A stretch of DNA of 64,000 bases from Candidatus Sericytochromatia bacterium (GTDB lineage Bacteria > Cyanobacteriota > Sericytochromatia > UBA7694), in assembly GCA_963797915.1 (NCBI GenBank), contig CAWCRG010000017.1:235074-299073 (forward strand), read 5' to 3'. Below the pieces are notes generated by a model. That model was not told the origin of the DNA. It worked only from the letters and a program-made list of their open reading frames with translations, and searched no databases. The translations under genes were made by a program, and so were the position numbers. Position 1 is the first letter of the stretch. Each line of letters starts with the position of its first letter. This document shows positions 26,225-36,478 of this stretch, one piece after another.

Positions 26225-29200
26225 TGCTTACATTACACTTAAGTTATATTCACCCCCACTTCGTTTTCTGGGCCGAGACCGCTCTACCCACCCCTCAACC
26301 CGAAGGACATTACCCTTACCAGGCCCGCCGTCAGGAACTCTGGAACGTTCTCAAAGCGCTAGGTATTGCACATCAGCCGCGCATGCTCAAAGAAGAACAT
26401 GCCCGCTTGTGGGTTCCGGCTACCCCTCAGGGACCCACAAGCAGCACCACAGGAAGCGTGGCCACCAAATCCTCACTTACCTTACAGACCTGGGCCATTG
26501 AGGGCGTACGTTTGCCCGGAGGTAAGGTCTTAGACTGGCTCAACGATGACGCCGCGCTACAAGACGCCGAAAAATGGTCGATGGGCGTAGAAATGAAAGG
26601 TTGGCAACGGCTGTATCATCTGGCGCTCAGCCTGGTTCGCCGTCAGCAGTTACTGCCTGATATTGAGCAAATTGACCAGGAGTGGTTTGCCCGCTGGCAG
26701 CCGCTGCTACAGCAAGAAGATCATTTGGTGGTCGCAGAACTACAGCAACATATGCCCGAAGTGGTTCAGGCGCTGAATTATGACGAAGAACAAGCGCCTT
26801 TTTCTCAGCTGCGTCATGTGCTTTTACAGGCCCTTGGCCGTCTCACGGACACGCTGGTGCGTCGCGATAATGTGGGGGAGAGTTTTCACCCCGTAAAGTC
26901 CCTGAGCTCAGTGTCGAAGCCCGCTGGACCGAAGCGTTGCGTCGCCGGAATGGTCTAATTCAGGGTGTTGAACCCGAGTTTGTTATTTTTCGTCGCCATA
27001 TTCAACGCTGGACACGCCCTTTGCGGGTGATGGCCGAAGCACCTTTTCAACTGGTTTTTCAGTTAGAAGAACCCACCGAAACTTCAGAATCCTGGTTCGT
27101 ACGCTTGCTTTTACATTCTCGCGAAGAGCCTGATTTATACGTTCCTATTGAGGTCATGCATAGCGAAGATCGTCCGGCGATTTTAAAAACCCTAAATTGG
27201 CCCCTTGAAGTGTTTGTCAACGATGCCCTTGAGCAGGCTGCACTGCGTATTCCTGAGTTGGGCGTACAGTTGATGAGAGCCCATTCAGGTCTTGAGCTAC
27301 AGCCCGCGCAAGTGGAATACTTTTTGATGCAGGCCCCTGCCTTAGAGCAAAACGGCTTTGGTATGCGTTTGCCCGCCTGGTGGCTGGAAGAAAGCACACC
27401 CATTAAGGGGCAGGTAAGGGTGAGGCCTTTAGACGATAGCCCCCGAAATCAGGGACATATCTCGCTGAACACCTTGCTCCATGCCGACTGGGATCTGATG
27501 TTGGGTGATCACCCCATCAGCTTTGCTGAACTCAAGGGACTGGCAGAACTGAAGTCTCCCCTGGTCAATTGGCGCGGGCGTTGGTTAAAGGTTTCCCCCG
27601 AAGATATGAAGCGAGCGCTGAGTTTGTGGCGTCATGGTAAACCCAAGCATATGGCATTGCGTGATGTGCTCTTGCTGGGGCCACAGGGAGAACACGCGCC
27701 CTTTGAGATTACCTCGGTCGAAGTGCAGGGCTGGTTGGCCGACTTTTTGGCTGAACTCAGAGGCGAGCGAGATATTGCAGATATTCAACCACCCATTGGC
27801 TTTACGGGAACCTTGCGTCATTATCAGCAGCGCGGTCTGAATTGGTTGGCCTTTTTGTGCGGTCATGGTTTAGGCGGCTGTCTGGCGGACGATATGGGTC
27901 TGGGTAAAACCATTCAAACCCTGGCGCTAATGCAGTACTTTTATGAGAACGGTGAAATTCAGCCCAGCTTATTGGTGTGCCCCACGTCTTTACTTGATAA
28001 CTGGCGGCGCGAGGCCAATCGCTTTGTGCCCGAAATACCGGTTAAAATTCACCACGGTTCTCAGCGGGATCAGGGCGAAGACTTTATTGCAAAGGTTCCT
28101 CCTGCGGGTTTAGTGATTACCTCTTACGCGCTCTTGCACCGCGACGCCGAGTTTTTATCTCAGGTAAAATGGGCGGGCCTGATTTTAGATGAGGCGCAAA
28201 ACATTAAAAATGCCCAGACCAAGCAATCGCAGACGGCCCGTGAGCTGCCTTCGCGCTGGAAGCTCGCCTTAACAGGTACGCCCGTAGAAAACCACGTGGG
28301 CGATCTCTGGACCCTGATGGACTTTTTAAACCAGGGCTTGCTGGGGTCTCGCAGAGCCTTTAAAACTCTTTTCTTAACTCCTATTCAGCGCTGGCAAGAC
28401 AAGCATGCGCTGCGACAACTCCATCACCTCACGGCTCCTTTTATTTTAAGGCGCTTAAAAACAGATCCCACCATTGTGCCGGATCTGCCCGAAAAGCAGG
28501 AAAGCAAGACCTACTGTACGCTCACGATAGAGCAAGCCGCGCTCTATTCAGCCACCGTTGACGGTATTGAAGAACAATTGGCGGAGCTCGACGGCATGGC
28601 CCGTCGCGGTTTGGTGCTGGCTTCTTTGAGTAAGCTCAAACAAATCTGTAATCACCCGTCTCATTTTCTCAAGGAGCCCGGGCCTTTGTCGGGGCGTTCG
28701 GGCAAGTTAAACCGTCTTGAAGAGATGCTCGAAGAGGTTTTGGCCGGTGACGAAAAAGCGCTGGTCTTTACTCAGTTTGCCGAAATGGGTAAGCTTTTAC
28801 AGAAGTTCTTAAGTCAACGCTTTGAGCAAGATGTTTTCTTTCTCCATGGTGGAACACCCCGTCAGCGGCGGACTGAAATGGTGGAGAATTTCCAGGCCGA
28901 TAAAACGCCCGCTATTTTTGTGTTAAGTTTAAAAGCTGGGGGTACCGGTTTGAACCTAACCGCTGCCAATCACGTCTTCCACTACGACCGTTGGTGGAAC
29001 CCCGCTGTAGAGAATCAGGCCACCGACCGGGCTTACCGCATTGGCCAAACCCGAAATGTACAGGTTCATAAACTGGTGTGCAGTGGAACGTTAGAGGAAC
29101 GCATTGACGATATGTTGAGTGAAAAACAACAGCTGGCCGAACAAATTGTCGGCAGTGGTGAAAACTGGATTACTGAGCTGAGTGATGACGAGTTGCGCAC

Positions 29201-29237
29201 ATTGTTCCGTCTTAGCGCAGACCTGGTGACCGGCTAA
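26224..29237 (+). CDS. SNF2-family helicase (RapA/HepA-like) with N-terminal accessory domain; frameshift in a G5 run near 26874
   Basis: DEAH-box helicase motifs LADDMGLGKT, DEAQNIKN and LTGTPVENHVGDLW, plus C-terminal helicase motifs LKAGGTGLNLTAANHV and QATDRAYRIGQ. ORFs 26224-26958 and 26937-29237 are one gene split by a single-base indel. Starts via TAATG overlap. Confidence 0.8.
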
Positions 29238-30079
29238 TGGCTATGCCTATTCAGAGTTTTGGTCGTCGGTGGTGGTCAAGACAGTGGTTATCTCGGATTA
29301 CGCAATTAGAGCCCGATCGCATGATGCGGGGTGAAGTTTACGCCCGCCAGGGTAACGTGAAAGACTTTCAGATCAAAGACAATTGCGTGACCGCTGAGGT
29401 GCGCGGTACCCGCATTACCCCTTATGAGGTTTCAGTGATTTTTGCGCCTTACCCCCGTGGGCAACAATTATTGGTTCAGCAGCTCGTGCAAAACCATGCA
29501 GAAGCGGTCAAAACCGATATTCCTTTAGAGTGGCAACAGCGCTTTGAAGAAGCCGAGACACACTTTTTTCCTGATCCTGAAACCCATATGAGTATGGACT
29601 GCTCCTGCCCGGACTACACGATTCCCTGTAAGCATATGGCCGCCGTATGCTGCTTGCTGGCAGAATTTATGGACGCTGACCCACTGCTCTTATTTAAGCT
29701 TCAGGGCGTCGAAGTTGAAGAGCCGATGCATCAGCCGCTGTCTACGCTGCCTGAAGTGCCCTTACGGCAACAACCCCATGAATACTGGGGGATTAAGCGC
29801 ATTTATGAGACGGAAATTATTGACGAAGCCAAGGCCTCGCCGTTGGGCAGCTTAGATGCCATGCCGGGTCGTATTTCTCGTAAGCGCCTTCATGAAGCCC
29901 TTGCGCCTGTGTACCAAAAAGCGGCAGTACACGCCCAGGCTTTGCTGCAGCATATGCGCCGTAACTTTGACGAAGTTGATTTTAGCGAAGAAACTCCGGC
30001 AGTAGATAGCCCTGATATGAAAGAGACGGCTATAGAAGCCGTCCCTACTTCCCCTACAGAAGACAAATCTACCGCTTAG
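29237..30079 (+). CDS. SWIM zinc-finger protein
   Basis: C-x-C-x(n)-C-x-H SWIM signature CSCPDYTIPCKHMAAV. Translationally coupled to the SNF2 gene (TAATG). Confidence 0.75.
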   Translation: MAMPIQSFGRRWWSRQWLSRITQLEPDRMMRGEVYARQGNVKDFQIKDNCVTAEVRGTRITPYEVSVIFAPYPRGQQLLVQQLVQNHAEAVKTDIPLEWQQRFEEAETHFFPDPETHMSMDCSCPDYTIPCKHMAAVCCLLAEFMDADPLLLFKLQGVEVEEPMHQPLSTLPEVPLRQQPHEYWGIKRIYETEIIDEAKASPLGSLDAMPGRISRKRLHEALAPVYQKAAVHAQALLQHMRRNFDEVDFSEETPAVDSPDMKETAIEAVPTSPTEDKSTA

Positions 30080-30086
30080 GAATTCA

Positions 30087-30806
30087 TTAGGGATTTAACG
30101 TCGCTCGGCATAGAATCGTATTGTCGGTTTCTAAATCGCTTCCCCAAATCAATTTGGCTTTTGTATTCCAGGTAATTTCGTCATAACCGTCTTTAGGACT
30201 CACCTGATTGACGCTATATTCTTTGGCGTTAGGCCATTGGCTATCGTCAAAGTCGGCATTTTTCCAGCCTTCGGGTTCGTTGGTACTGGTAAACCCACAT
30301 TTACCACTCCCGGCCATAGGATTTGTCTCTTGTTCACAGCCTTTGTCTAAGGGAGCCTGGTGAATGACCAGACATTTCCATTCTGCCGTCGAAAAAGCCA
30401 CACCTTCCTGGGTGTCAGTACGGGTAAACTGAGCGATAAAGCCACCATCTCCCATTTGCTGTCGGTTCGAGCCAATATACTCTAATCCGGAATCGTTTTC
30501 TTTAAAGTCTTTTAACATAAAGGCCATTTGCACCGGCTGATCGGCCTGAAAGTAAAAGGTTTCTTGATTGAACGATCGCTCGGTGGTGATCGGAACACTG
30601 TCTTCCTTGACTAACTGACCATCTACGTACATAGAAAACCAATTGTCTGCCCAGACTTCTGCTTTGATGTTCCCACTTTGGGTTTGTGTTGTTGCTGTGG
30701 TGCTTGAGGTAGAGCCTGCCTGGCTTGGCTCAGCTGTTGCACAGCCCGTGAGCCCGATGAGTGAGAAGAGCAGGGCAAGGCCTGTGTGTTGCAATTGCTT
30801 TTTCAT
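30087..30806 (-). CDS. Secreted lipoprotein, unknown function
   Basis: Signal peptide with lipobox LTGC when started at MKKQLQH (30806), 4 nt after the upstream YHYH gene stop. It has a Ser/Thr-rich linker and a Cys-containing globular region. Confidence 0.45.
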   Translation of the reverse strand: MKKQLQHTGLALLFSLIGLTGCATAEPSQAGSTSSTTATTQTQSGNIKAEVWADNWFSMYVDGQLVKEDSVPITTERSFNQETFYFQADQPVQMAFMLKDFKENDSGLEYIGSNRQQMGDGGFIAQFTRTDTQEGVAFSTAEWKCLVIHQAPLDKGCEQETNPMAGSGKCGFTSTNEPEGWKNADFDDSQWPNAKEYSVNQVSPKDGYDEITWNTKAKLIWGSDLETDNTILCRATLNP

Positions 30807-30810
30807 GTGT

Positions 30811-31992
30811 TTATCTCCGTTGATATGTTTCTGTTTTGCGGGTGCCGTCTGGCGATACAAAGGTAAAGGTGTATTGGCCTGCATCGTTCCAACTATAATC
30901 CACAGTATACTTTTGATCGTTTACAGTGTATTCAAGGGAGTAAGCGTGAGTTCCTGTGGTTTTGAAGTCAGTTATTGTCGCGCCATTTAGAGGTTGCAAA
31001 AAGTCTCGCACACCCATGGTTCGTGGTTGGGGAGTGATTTCATCATCCGGGGACTTTGTGACCTTTCCTCGCATTTTACCGATCATATAGGGGTATTCGG
31101 TGATTCCGTGATAATGATAACTTCCCTGCTCGTCAAAGTGACCGTTATTTTCGTCTAAAGTACGCATTGCGCTTCCGTCAGGCTCTTTGCTTCCGTAGAC
31201 AGCAAAGCCATCCAGGGCATAGGCTATAGGCTCATTCCCCACTATTGCTTCAAGGTGTAAGGGAGCCGTATGATAGTGGTAATCGTCGGCTCGGCCGGCA
31301 TGACCCCCCCATTGATCTAACTCTCCTACCAGGAAGGCATCATCACCTCTATTATTGAGGGCATTAAAAATGGGAATGCCGTTGGCAGCGACACCGATTC
31401 CGCCTCTAAAAAAATTGTTTTTTGTTGAGACAGGACTCTCAGACAAAACGGGCTGTATGGGAATACTCCATGCGTTGTTTCCGACATAGTTTTGATCGAT
31501 GGCAACCTGTTGCTGCCAACTGGTAATACCGACCATCATATTGTGTTCAGGAATGCCCTCTGATTCAACATAGAAATAGGTGTCATCAGATCTTGTTTTT
31601 ACGTTGCTAAACGCTCCAAAGGTTTTTTGAAGGACGTTAATGTCAGAGGGTACGGCTTGTTCACCGGTTTGTGAAACGGTATTGGCTGGCGTACAAGCAA
31701 TATATGCAACCGGTAGGCTCATGGCTACTAATGCGGTGCGGGTGAGTTTAGATGTTTTAAATTGAGTAACGACAACGCCTAAACCTGAAAGAAGCAAAAC
31801 AGCAAACAAGGCTTGGGTATCAGTACTTTTTTCTGGCGGGACTGTTGTGAGGGATTTAGGGGGGGTAAAATCATGAGAAGGTTCTGCGGGAGAGTATCCT
31901 ACAGGGGAGTGTCCCTCTTTGTGAGCCATACTTTCTAAAGAGTAGCTTGAGCAGATGAAGAAGCAAGTTAGAAACAAGAGGTTTTTCCACAT
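30811..31992 (-). CDS. YHYH-domain secreted protein
   Basis: Two copies of the signature (DYHYHTAP and SYHYHGITEYPY) characteristic of the YHYH family (PF14240). It has two consecutive signal-like hydrophobic segments, so the true start may be internal (lipobox VAYIAC). Confidence 0.6.
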   Translation of the reverse strand: MWKNLLFLTCFFICSSYSLESMAHKEGHSPVGYSPAEPSHDFTPPKSLTTVPPEKSTDTQALFAVLLLSGLGVVVTQFKTSKLTRTALVAMSLPVAYIACTPANTVSQTGEQAVPSDINVLQKTFGAFSNVKTRSDDTYFYVESEGIPEHNMMVGITSWQQQVAIDQNYVGNNAWSIPIQPVLSESPVSTKNNFFRGGIGVAANGIPIFNALNNRGDDAFLVGELDQWGGHAGRADDYHYHTAPLHLEAIVGNEPIAYALDGFAVYGSKEPDGSAMRTLDENNGHFDEQGSYHYHGITEYPYMIGKMRGKVTKSPDDEITPQPRTMGVRDFLQPLNGATITDFKTTGTHAYSLEYTVNDQKYTVDYSWNDAGQYTFTFVSPDGTRKTETYQRR

Positions 31993-32033
31993 GGTGTTCG
32001 GGTTCTTTCTATAATAGGATAACGAGGCGAAGG

Positions 32034-32627
32034 TCAGTTAATAAAGCGAATGTGGGCAGATCCCAACGTGGTATCTTCGATGGCCTGTGTTAAGGTCTCC
32101 CAGGTCACGTCCTGCCGATCTTGATCTCCCAGATCAGGCGCAGAACTGAGTGCATAGACGGTAATTGTATAAGTGTGGGTGCCTCCACCAGCAGGTGAGC
32201 AGGGAGGCGTGTATCCCGTGGTTCTTCCGTCTTTATCACTGCCTTCGGTTCCAATGGATTGAGGATTGCCCTCTTCAAGGGTTCTTAAGTCACCGGGAAG
32301 GTTCCACAGCAGCCAGTATTGGCTGGGGTTATTGACTCCCGCGCGCGTTCCCATAGGGTAATGATGCATGATGACGGCAAAACTTTTTGTCCCCTCAGGC
32401 GGTGTGCCCCAGACAAGGGGCGGAGAATTTCCACTTCCACCGTCCCGTTGGCATTTAAGTGTGTCAGGTAAGGGTTGCTGATCCACGAGTAAGGAACTGC
32501 TCAGGGCAAAGTCGTTTGTTGCAGTCGCAACAGTTTCTGTCAGATTGCCTGAACTCACCGTGTTACAGCTTGACATAATCATGCTCAAGGAAAGAGCTCG
32601 TAATGTTTTTTGGAGGGTAGCGTACAT
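32034..32627 (-). CDS. YbhB/YbcL-family PEBP (Raf kinase inhibitor-like) lipoprotein
   Basis: PEBP motifs PPLVWGTPPEGTKSFAVIMHH, GYTPPCSPAGGGTHTYTITVYAL and an N-terminal lipobox MSSC. Confidence 0.65.
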   Translation of the reverse strand: MYATLQKTLRALSLSMIMSSCNTVSSGNLTETVATATNDFALSSSLLVDQQPLPDTLKCQRDGGSGNSPPLVWGTPPEGTKSFAVIMHHYPMGTRAGVNNPSQYWLLWNLPGDLRTLEEGNPQSIGTEGSDKDGRTTGYTPPCSPAGGGTHTYTITVYALSSAPDLGDQDRQDVTWETLTQAIEDTTLGSAHIRFIN

Positions 32628-32744
32628 AAACGACTATCTTTTTTCTCTTTCTTTCTTGGGTTTTATACCGAATCTTTTTTAGTTTAAAACGTATTTATGA
32701 ACCCAATACTGTCATTATGTAAATGAATTGTAAAGAGGCGGGTC

Positions 32745-32773
32745 TTGACGACTTTCATTTTTTTGTCTACGTT
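32745..32773 (+). promoter_or_regulatory. Candidate sigma70 promoter for the YHYH lipoprotein gene (-35 TTGACG, 17 nt, -10 TACGTT)
   Basis: Read directly: TTGACG at 32745-32750, a 17 nt spacer, then TACGTT. It lies ~90 nt upstream of the 32865 start in an AT-rich divergent intergenic region. Confidence 0.25.
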
Positions 32774-32864
32774 TTACTTCTTATCAAAAGCTTCATGCTG
32801 AGCTTCAAAGCATGCAGTAAGTGCCACACTTCCCTCCTTTAAAAATGCTAGAAAGAAACCCTTT

Positions 32865-33864
32865 ATGAATAAACGAACGAAATATGCCCTGTTTTTGAGC
32901 CTCTGTGGAGGACTTTTAGGTTGCGCCCCTCCCACTGATACGCAAGAAACGGCAGAGCAAACACAGGCGGTTGCTGACGCCAAAGACATTACTAACACTT
33001 TCTTTAGTGAGAGAAGTGCAAACTGTGCGGTGCATGTGGCAGCTTACAAATCACAAGCCAAGGACATCAATGAAAATGTGGTGTTTTACGGTTTAGCTAA
33101 TATTACTGTGGCCAATGGCAAATGTCTGTTTTCTGCCAATGCCATTCCCAATCATGACTTTAACGATGCTTCAAGAGGCTTTCCCAAACCCTGTGTCTGA
33201 GCAAAGTCAGCGTTATGAGGTTTCTGCAAGTCCACAAAAAGCAGCGACAGCCACCCCGCTGACTTTGCAATACGACAATGCTGTTATGCTCAATGGCGTG
33301 AAATTAGATCTACTGGCTGCAGGTTGCTTTGGCGTCGGAGATGGAAGAATCGGCTGTAACGATATGAGTCAAGCCTGGCGCTATGATCCTATGGCTGAAA
33401 ATGCCAACTTCGTCACCGATTCTCACAATGCCCACGCCCAGCCTGACGGGACCTACCATTATCACGGGGATCCCAGAGCGCTATACCCTACCGATAGCTC
33501 TAAGGAGTCTCCCGTGATTGGTTTTGCAGCGGACGGCTTTCCTATCTTTGGTCCGTTTATTGAAGCCGATGGTAGCATTCGGCGAGCAAAATCGAGTTAT
33601 CAGCTCAAGTCAGGTGCCCGTCCCACTGGAAACGGTAGCCCTGGTGGCAACTACGACGGCACCTTTATCGATGACTTTGAATTCCTTGCGGGCTCTGGAG
33701 ATCTTGATGAGTGCAACGGCATGGAAAAAGACGGCGCCTATGGTTATTACATCACGGAAAGCTATCCCCACGTGATGGGTTGTTTTAAAGGCACGCCCGA
33801 TGCTTCTTTTCAAAAAGGTGGCGGTGCTCCTAATCAGGCTGGCGGTCCACCTCCACGGCGATAG
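32865..33864 (+). CDS. YHYH-domain lipoprotein (frameshift in A-run near 33170)
   Basis: Lipobox LGC signal peptide. ORFs 32865-33200 and 33115-33864 join if one A is removed from cccaaaccct. The YHYH signature is DGTYHYHGDP. It is a paralogue of the divergently oriented 30811-31992 gene. Confidence 0.6.
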
Positions 33865-33976
33865 GATTCGTTTGTTTTACCCTTTACTTTTCTTGTGGCA
33901 AGCGTGACTTCTCTCTTTGTATATTGTAAAATAAATAAAAATATTTTACCTTGCGATAAGGAGTTTATTAAAATCC

Positions 33977-35369
33977 ATGTTGAAAAGAGTATTCATTCAG
34001 GCCTTGCTGGTGACAGGTCTTGCACCCCTGAGTGGGTGCTTTTTCTTTATGGAGCAAGCAGCAAAGTTTCGGATCGAGTTGTCTCAGGATAGTAAAATGC
34101 GCTTATCGCAAGCAGAGCTAAATCAGCGTTTACAAGAGGCTTATAAAAAGAGAGATGCTGATGATATAAAAAAATGGGTTGACCGGGGAGCTGATTTAAG
34201 ATCTTGAAGGTTGATACGCAGACGGCGTTTTTACTTTACGCTCTTGTGGGTAATTTGGAGAAAGTAAAGTCCTTAAAAGAACAAGGTGCCGACATAAATT
34301 TTAAAAGCAAGTTGGGTAATACACCATTAATGAGTGCTGTTGATGGTGGCTCGTTTGAAGTTGTGCAATACCTGGTGGAGCAGGGGGCCGATGTTAATGC
34401 AAAGGGTGCTTGTGGGAGTATGCCAATAATAAAAGCCGCTTTCACAAGATCTTTACCGATAGTAAAATATTTAGTTAGTCAGGGAGCCAATGTTAATTCT
34501 CAAGATGCTTGTGGCGTAACTGCATTGCTTAACAGTAGTTTTTGAGGTTCGATTGAGCAGGTCAAGTTTTTTATAGAGCATGGTGCCGATGTTAACGCAA
34601 AAACGCTTTCGAAGGCAGTAATCTTTTTTTTCACGCATCTTCTAGTGGTTCACTCAAGTTAGTGAAGATGATGGTCGCAAAGGGTTACGAGGTAAACGTC
34701 AGGAATAATTACCATGCAACGCCGCTGATGGAAGCTGTTTCTAGTGGCTTGGTAGAGCAAATCAAATATTTGGTCGAGCATCACGGCGCTGACGTTAATG
34801 CTAAAAACAAGCAGGGCACGACGATCTTATTAGCAGCTAACTCGGAGGAAATTGTTGAGTATTTGGTTAGATCATGGTGCTGATGTGAATGCGAAAGACA
34901 AGTCAGGAACAACCTTATTGCTGAAGGCAACTCGCACAGGATCAGTGGGTCAGGCTAAGTATTTGGTTGAGCAGGGCGCTTACCTTAATGTGCAAGATAA
35001 TGTTTTAAAAAAATGTTCTTATGTATACAGTGTCGTTGATTTGGAATTAGTGAAACATCTTGTAGAGACATGGTGCTGATGTAAATCTTTGCGAAAGACA
35101 TCGATGAAAACGCTATTGATGGAAGCTGCTGCGATCGGCTCGCTCGGAAATAGTTAAGTCATTTGTTAGAGCATGGTGCTAATGTTACATGAGAAAGATC
35201 TGTTTGGCCAGACTGCTTTACTGATGAAGCCGTAGATTCGCGACTGCGTTCCCTGGAATTGGTCAGATGTGTGCGATAGAGCATGGTGCTGATATATAAT
35301 GCGAGAGGTCTGAGTCAGGTGCAAACCGCGCTAGATATAGCTATCGAACGTAGGAAATCGAAGAAATAA
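33977..35369 (+). pseudogene. Decayed ankyrin-repeat lipoprotein gene (at least 6 frameshifts / premature stops)
   Basis: N-terminal lipobox LSGC, then at least seven 33-aa ankyrin repeats with the consensus GADVNAKD-G-TPLM-A---G--E-VKYLVEHGA. The reading frame hops at 34207/34204, ~34545-34640 (T8 run), ~34872, ~35060, ~35085, ~35175, ~35205 and ~35300. Several breaks fall at the same repeat position (LVE|HGAD). A- and T-richer than the flanks. Confidence 0.7.
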
Positions 35370-35406
35370 TCAATTATCTTCAAAGCAGCTGCAAGGCAAT
35401 AAGTCT

Positions 35407-36375
35407 CTAGCGTTGACCCGCCGCTTGCAATTGAGAAGGAGCCATAGTCGCAGGAGCCATCAGTACGCCCACTGCTCTGGCAGGAGCCGCTGTGTTAGAA
35501 CCATACATATCAAAGGGTGAGTTACCAACGCCTTGAGAAGGACTTTGAAAAATAGGGTTGCTGATGGCATCACCAGGAATAATCGGTGTGGAAACGGGAC
35601 TATTATAAGGATTGGTGTTCACCGGGGTATTCATGTCGTTGTGATTGGCTGGTGCGTTGGCGTTGAGTTGTTGCCAGCTCAGGGCGGCACCCTGATTGGT
35701 GGGGCTGGCACCGTCTTCGGTGACGCTGGCAATTGAGGCATAATCTTTAGGAGCAGCTTTGGCTTCTAATGCGCCACGTAAAGCACCGTAGGCGGCTAAA
35801 ACGCCAATACCGGCTAAACCGCTAATCGCCGCGATTTTTATGCCGCCAATAATAGCTGAAGCTCCACCGCCAGCACTCGCTGCGATGCTCATGGTTCCAC
35901 CTGCTGCTGCACCACTGGCCGCCAAAGAAGCGCCAATGGCACCGATTTTTTGAGATTCTTGCCACAGTTTATAAAGGCCCAGTCCGGCTGCGCCTACGGC
36001 TGCGGCACCCATGGCTGTGGGGCCTACGCGGGTAATCATGCTGCCAATCGACTTGCGTACAAAATCGATACCGTTATTGAGTTCGTCTAAAGCACCGCGA
36101 CCGGCACCTTCTAGCATTGAGTTTACTTCGTCGTCGTAGGTAATAATGTCGGCTTGTACACCATTGAACATCACAGCGGGAATTGCGTTTTTACGCAGGT
36201 CGCCCAGCTCTAAAGAGTCACCATAGGCAACAAAATATTGACCATTGGATTTGAAGTAAACTTCATCCAAGCCATTTTTTTTGGTTTTTTGAGTGGCTTG
36301 CTCTACGGTAATACCAGGCCGCAGAGCTCTGACGCCCTGGACCGCGATGGATTTGCTGTTGATAGAAATGTTCAT
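35407..36375 (-). CDS. Glycine-zipper membrane-active protein, paralogue A (unknown family)
   Basis: A 110-aa N-terminal domain (MNISINSKSIAVQGVRALRPGI...) is shared at ~70% identity with 36479-37339. It is followed by a Gly/Ala-rich hydrophobic region full of GxxxG/AxxxA zippers and a Pro/Ser/Asn-rich tail. No Sec signal peptide. Confidence 0.55.
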   Translation of the reverse strand: MNISINSKSIAVQGVRALRPGITVEQATQKTKKNGLDEVYFKSNGQYFVAYGDSLELGDLRKNAIPAVMFNGVQADIITYDDEVNSMLEGAGRGALDELNNGIDFVRKSIGSMITRVGPTAMGAAAVGAAGLGLYKLWQESQKIGAIGASLAASGAAAGGTMSIAASAGGGASAIIGGIKIAAISGLAGIGVLAAYGALRGALEAKAAPKDYASIASVTEDGASPTNQGAALSWQQLNANAPANHNDMNTPVNTNPYNSPVSTPIIPGDAISNPIFQSPSQGVGNSPFDMYGSNTAAPARAVGVLMAPATMAPSQLQAAGQR

Positions 36376-36478
36376 AAAAAAACCTACTTCTTAAGCGTGT
36401 ACTCTATCTATATAGTTATTGATCAAATAAAGCTTGCTTAAAAAAAGGTTAAAATTAAGATTTTTTGCTAAATTTCTC

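Noticed and set aside
26224-26958. Separate 244-aa gene upstream of the SNF2 helicase
   Set aside because: The downstream frame is open back to 26871 and the two pieces join across a GGGGG homopolymer. I treat it as the N-terminal domain of the helicase, split by an indel.
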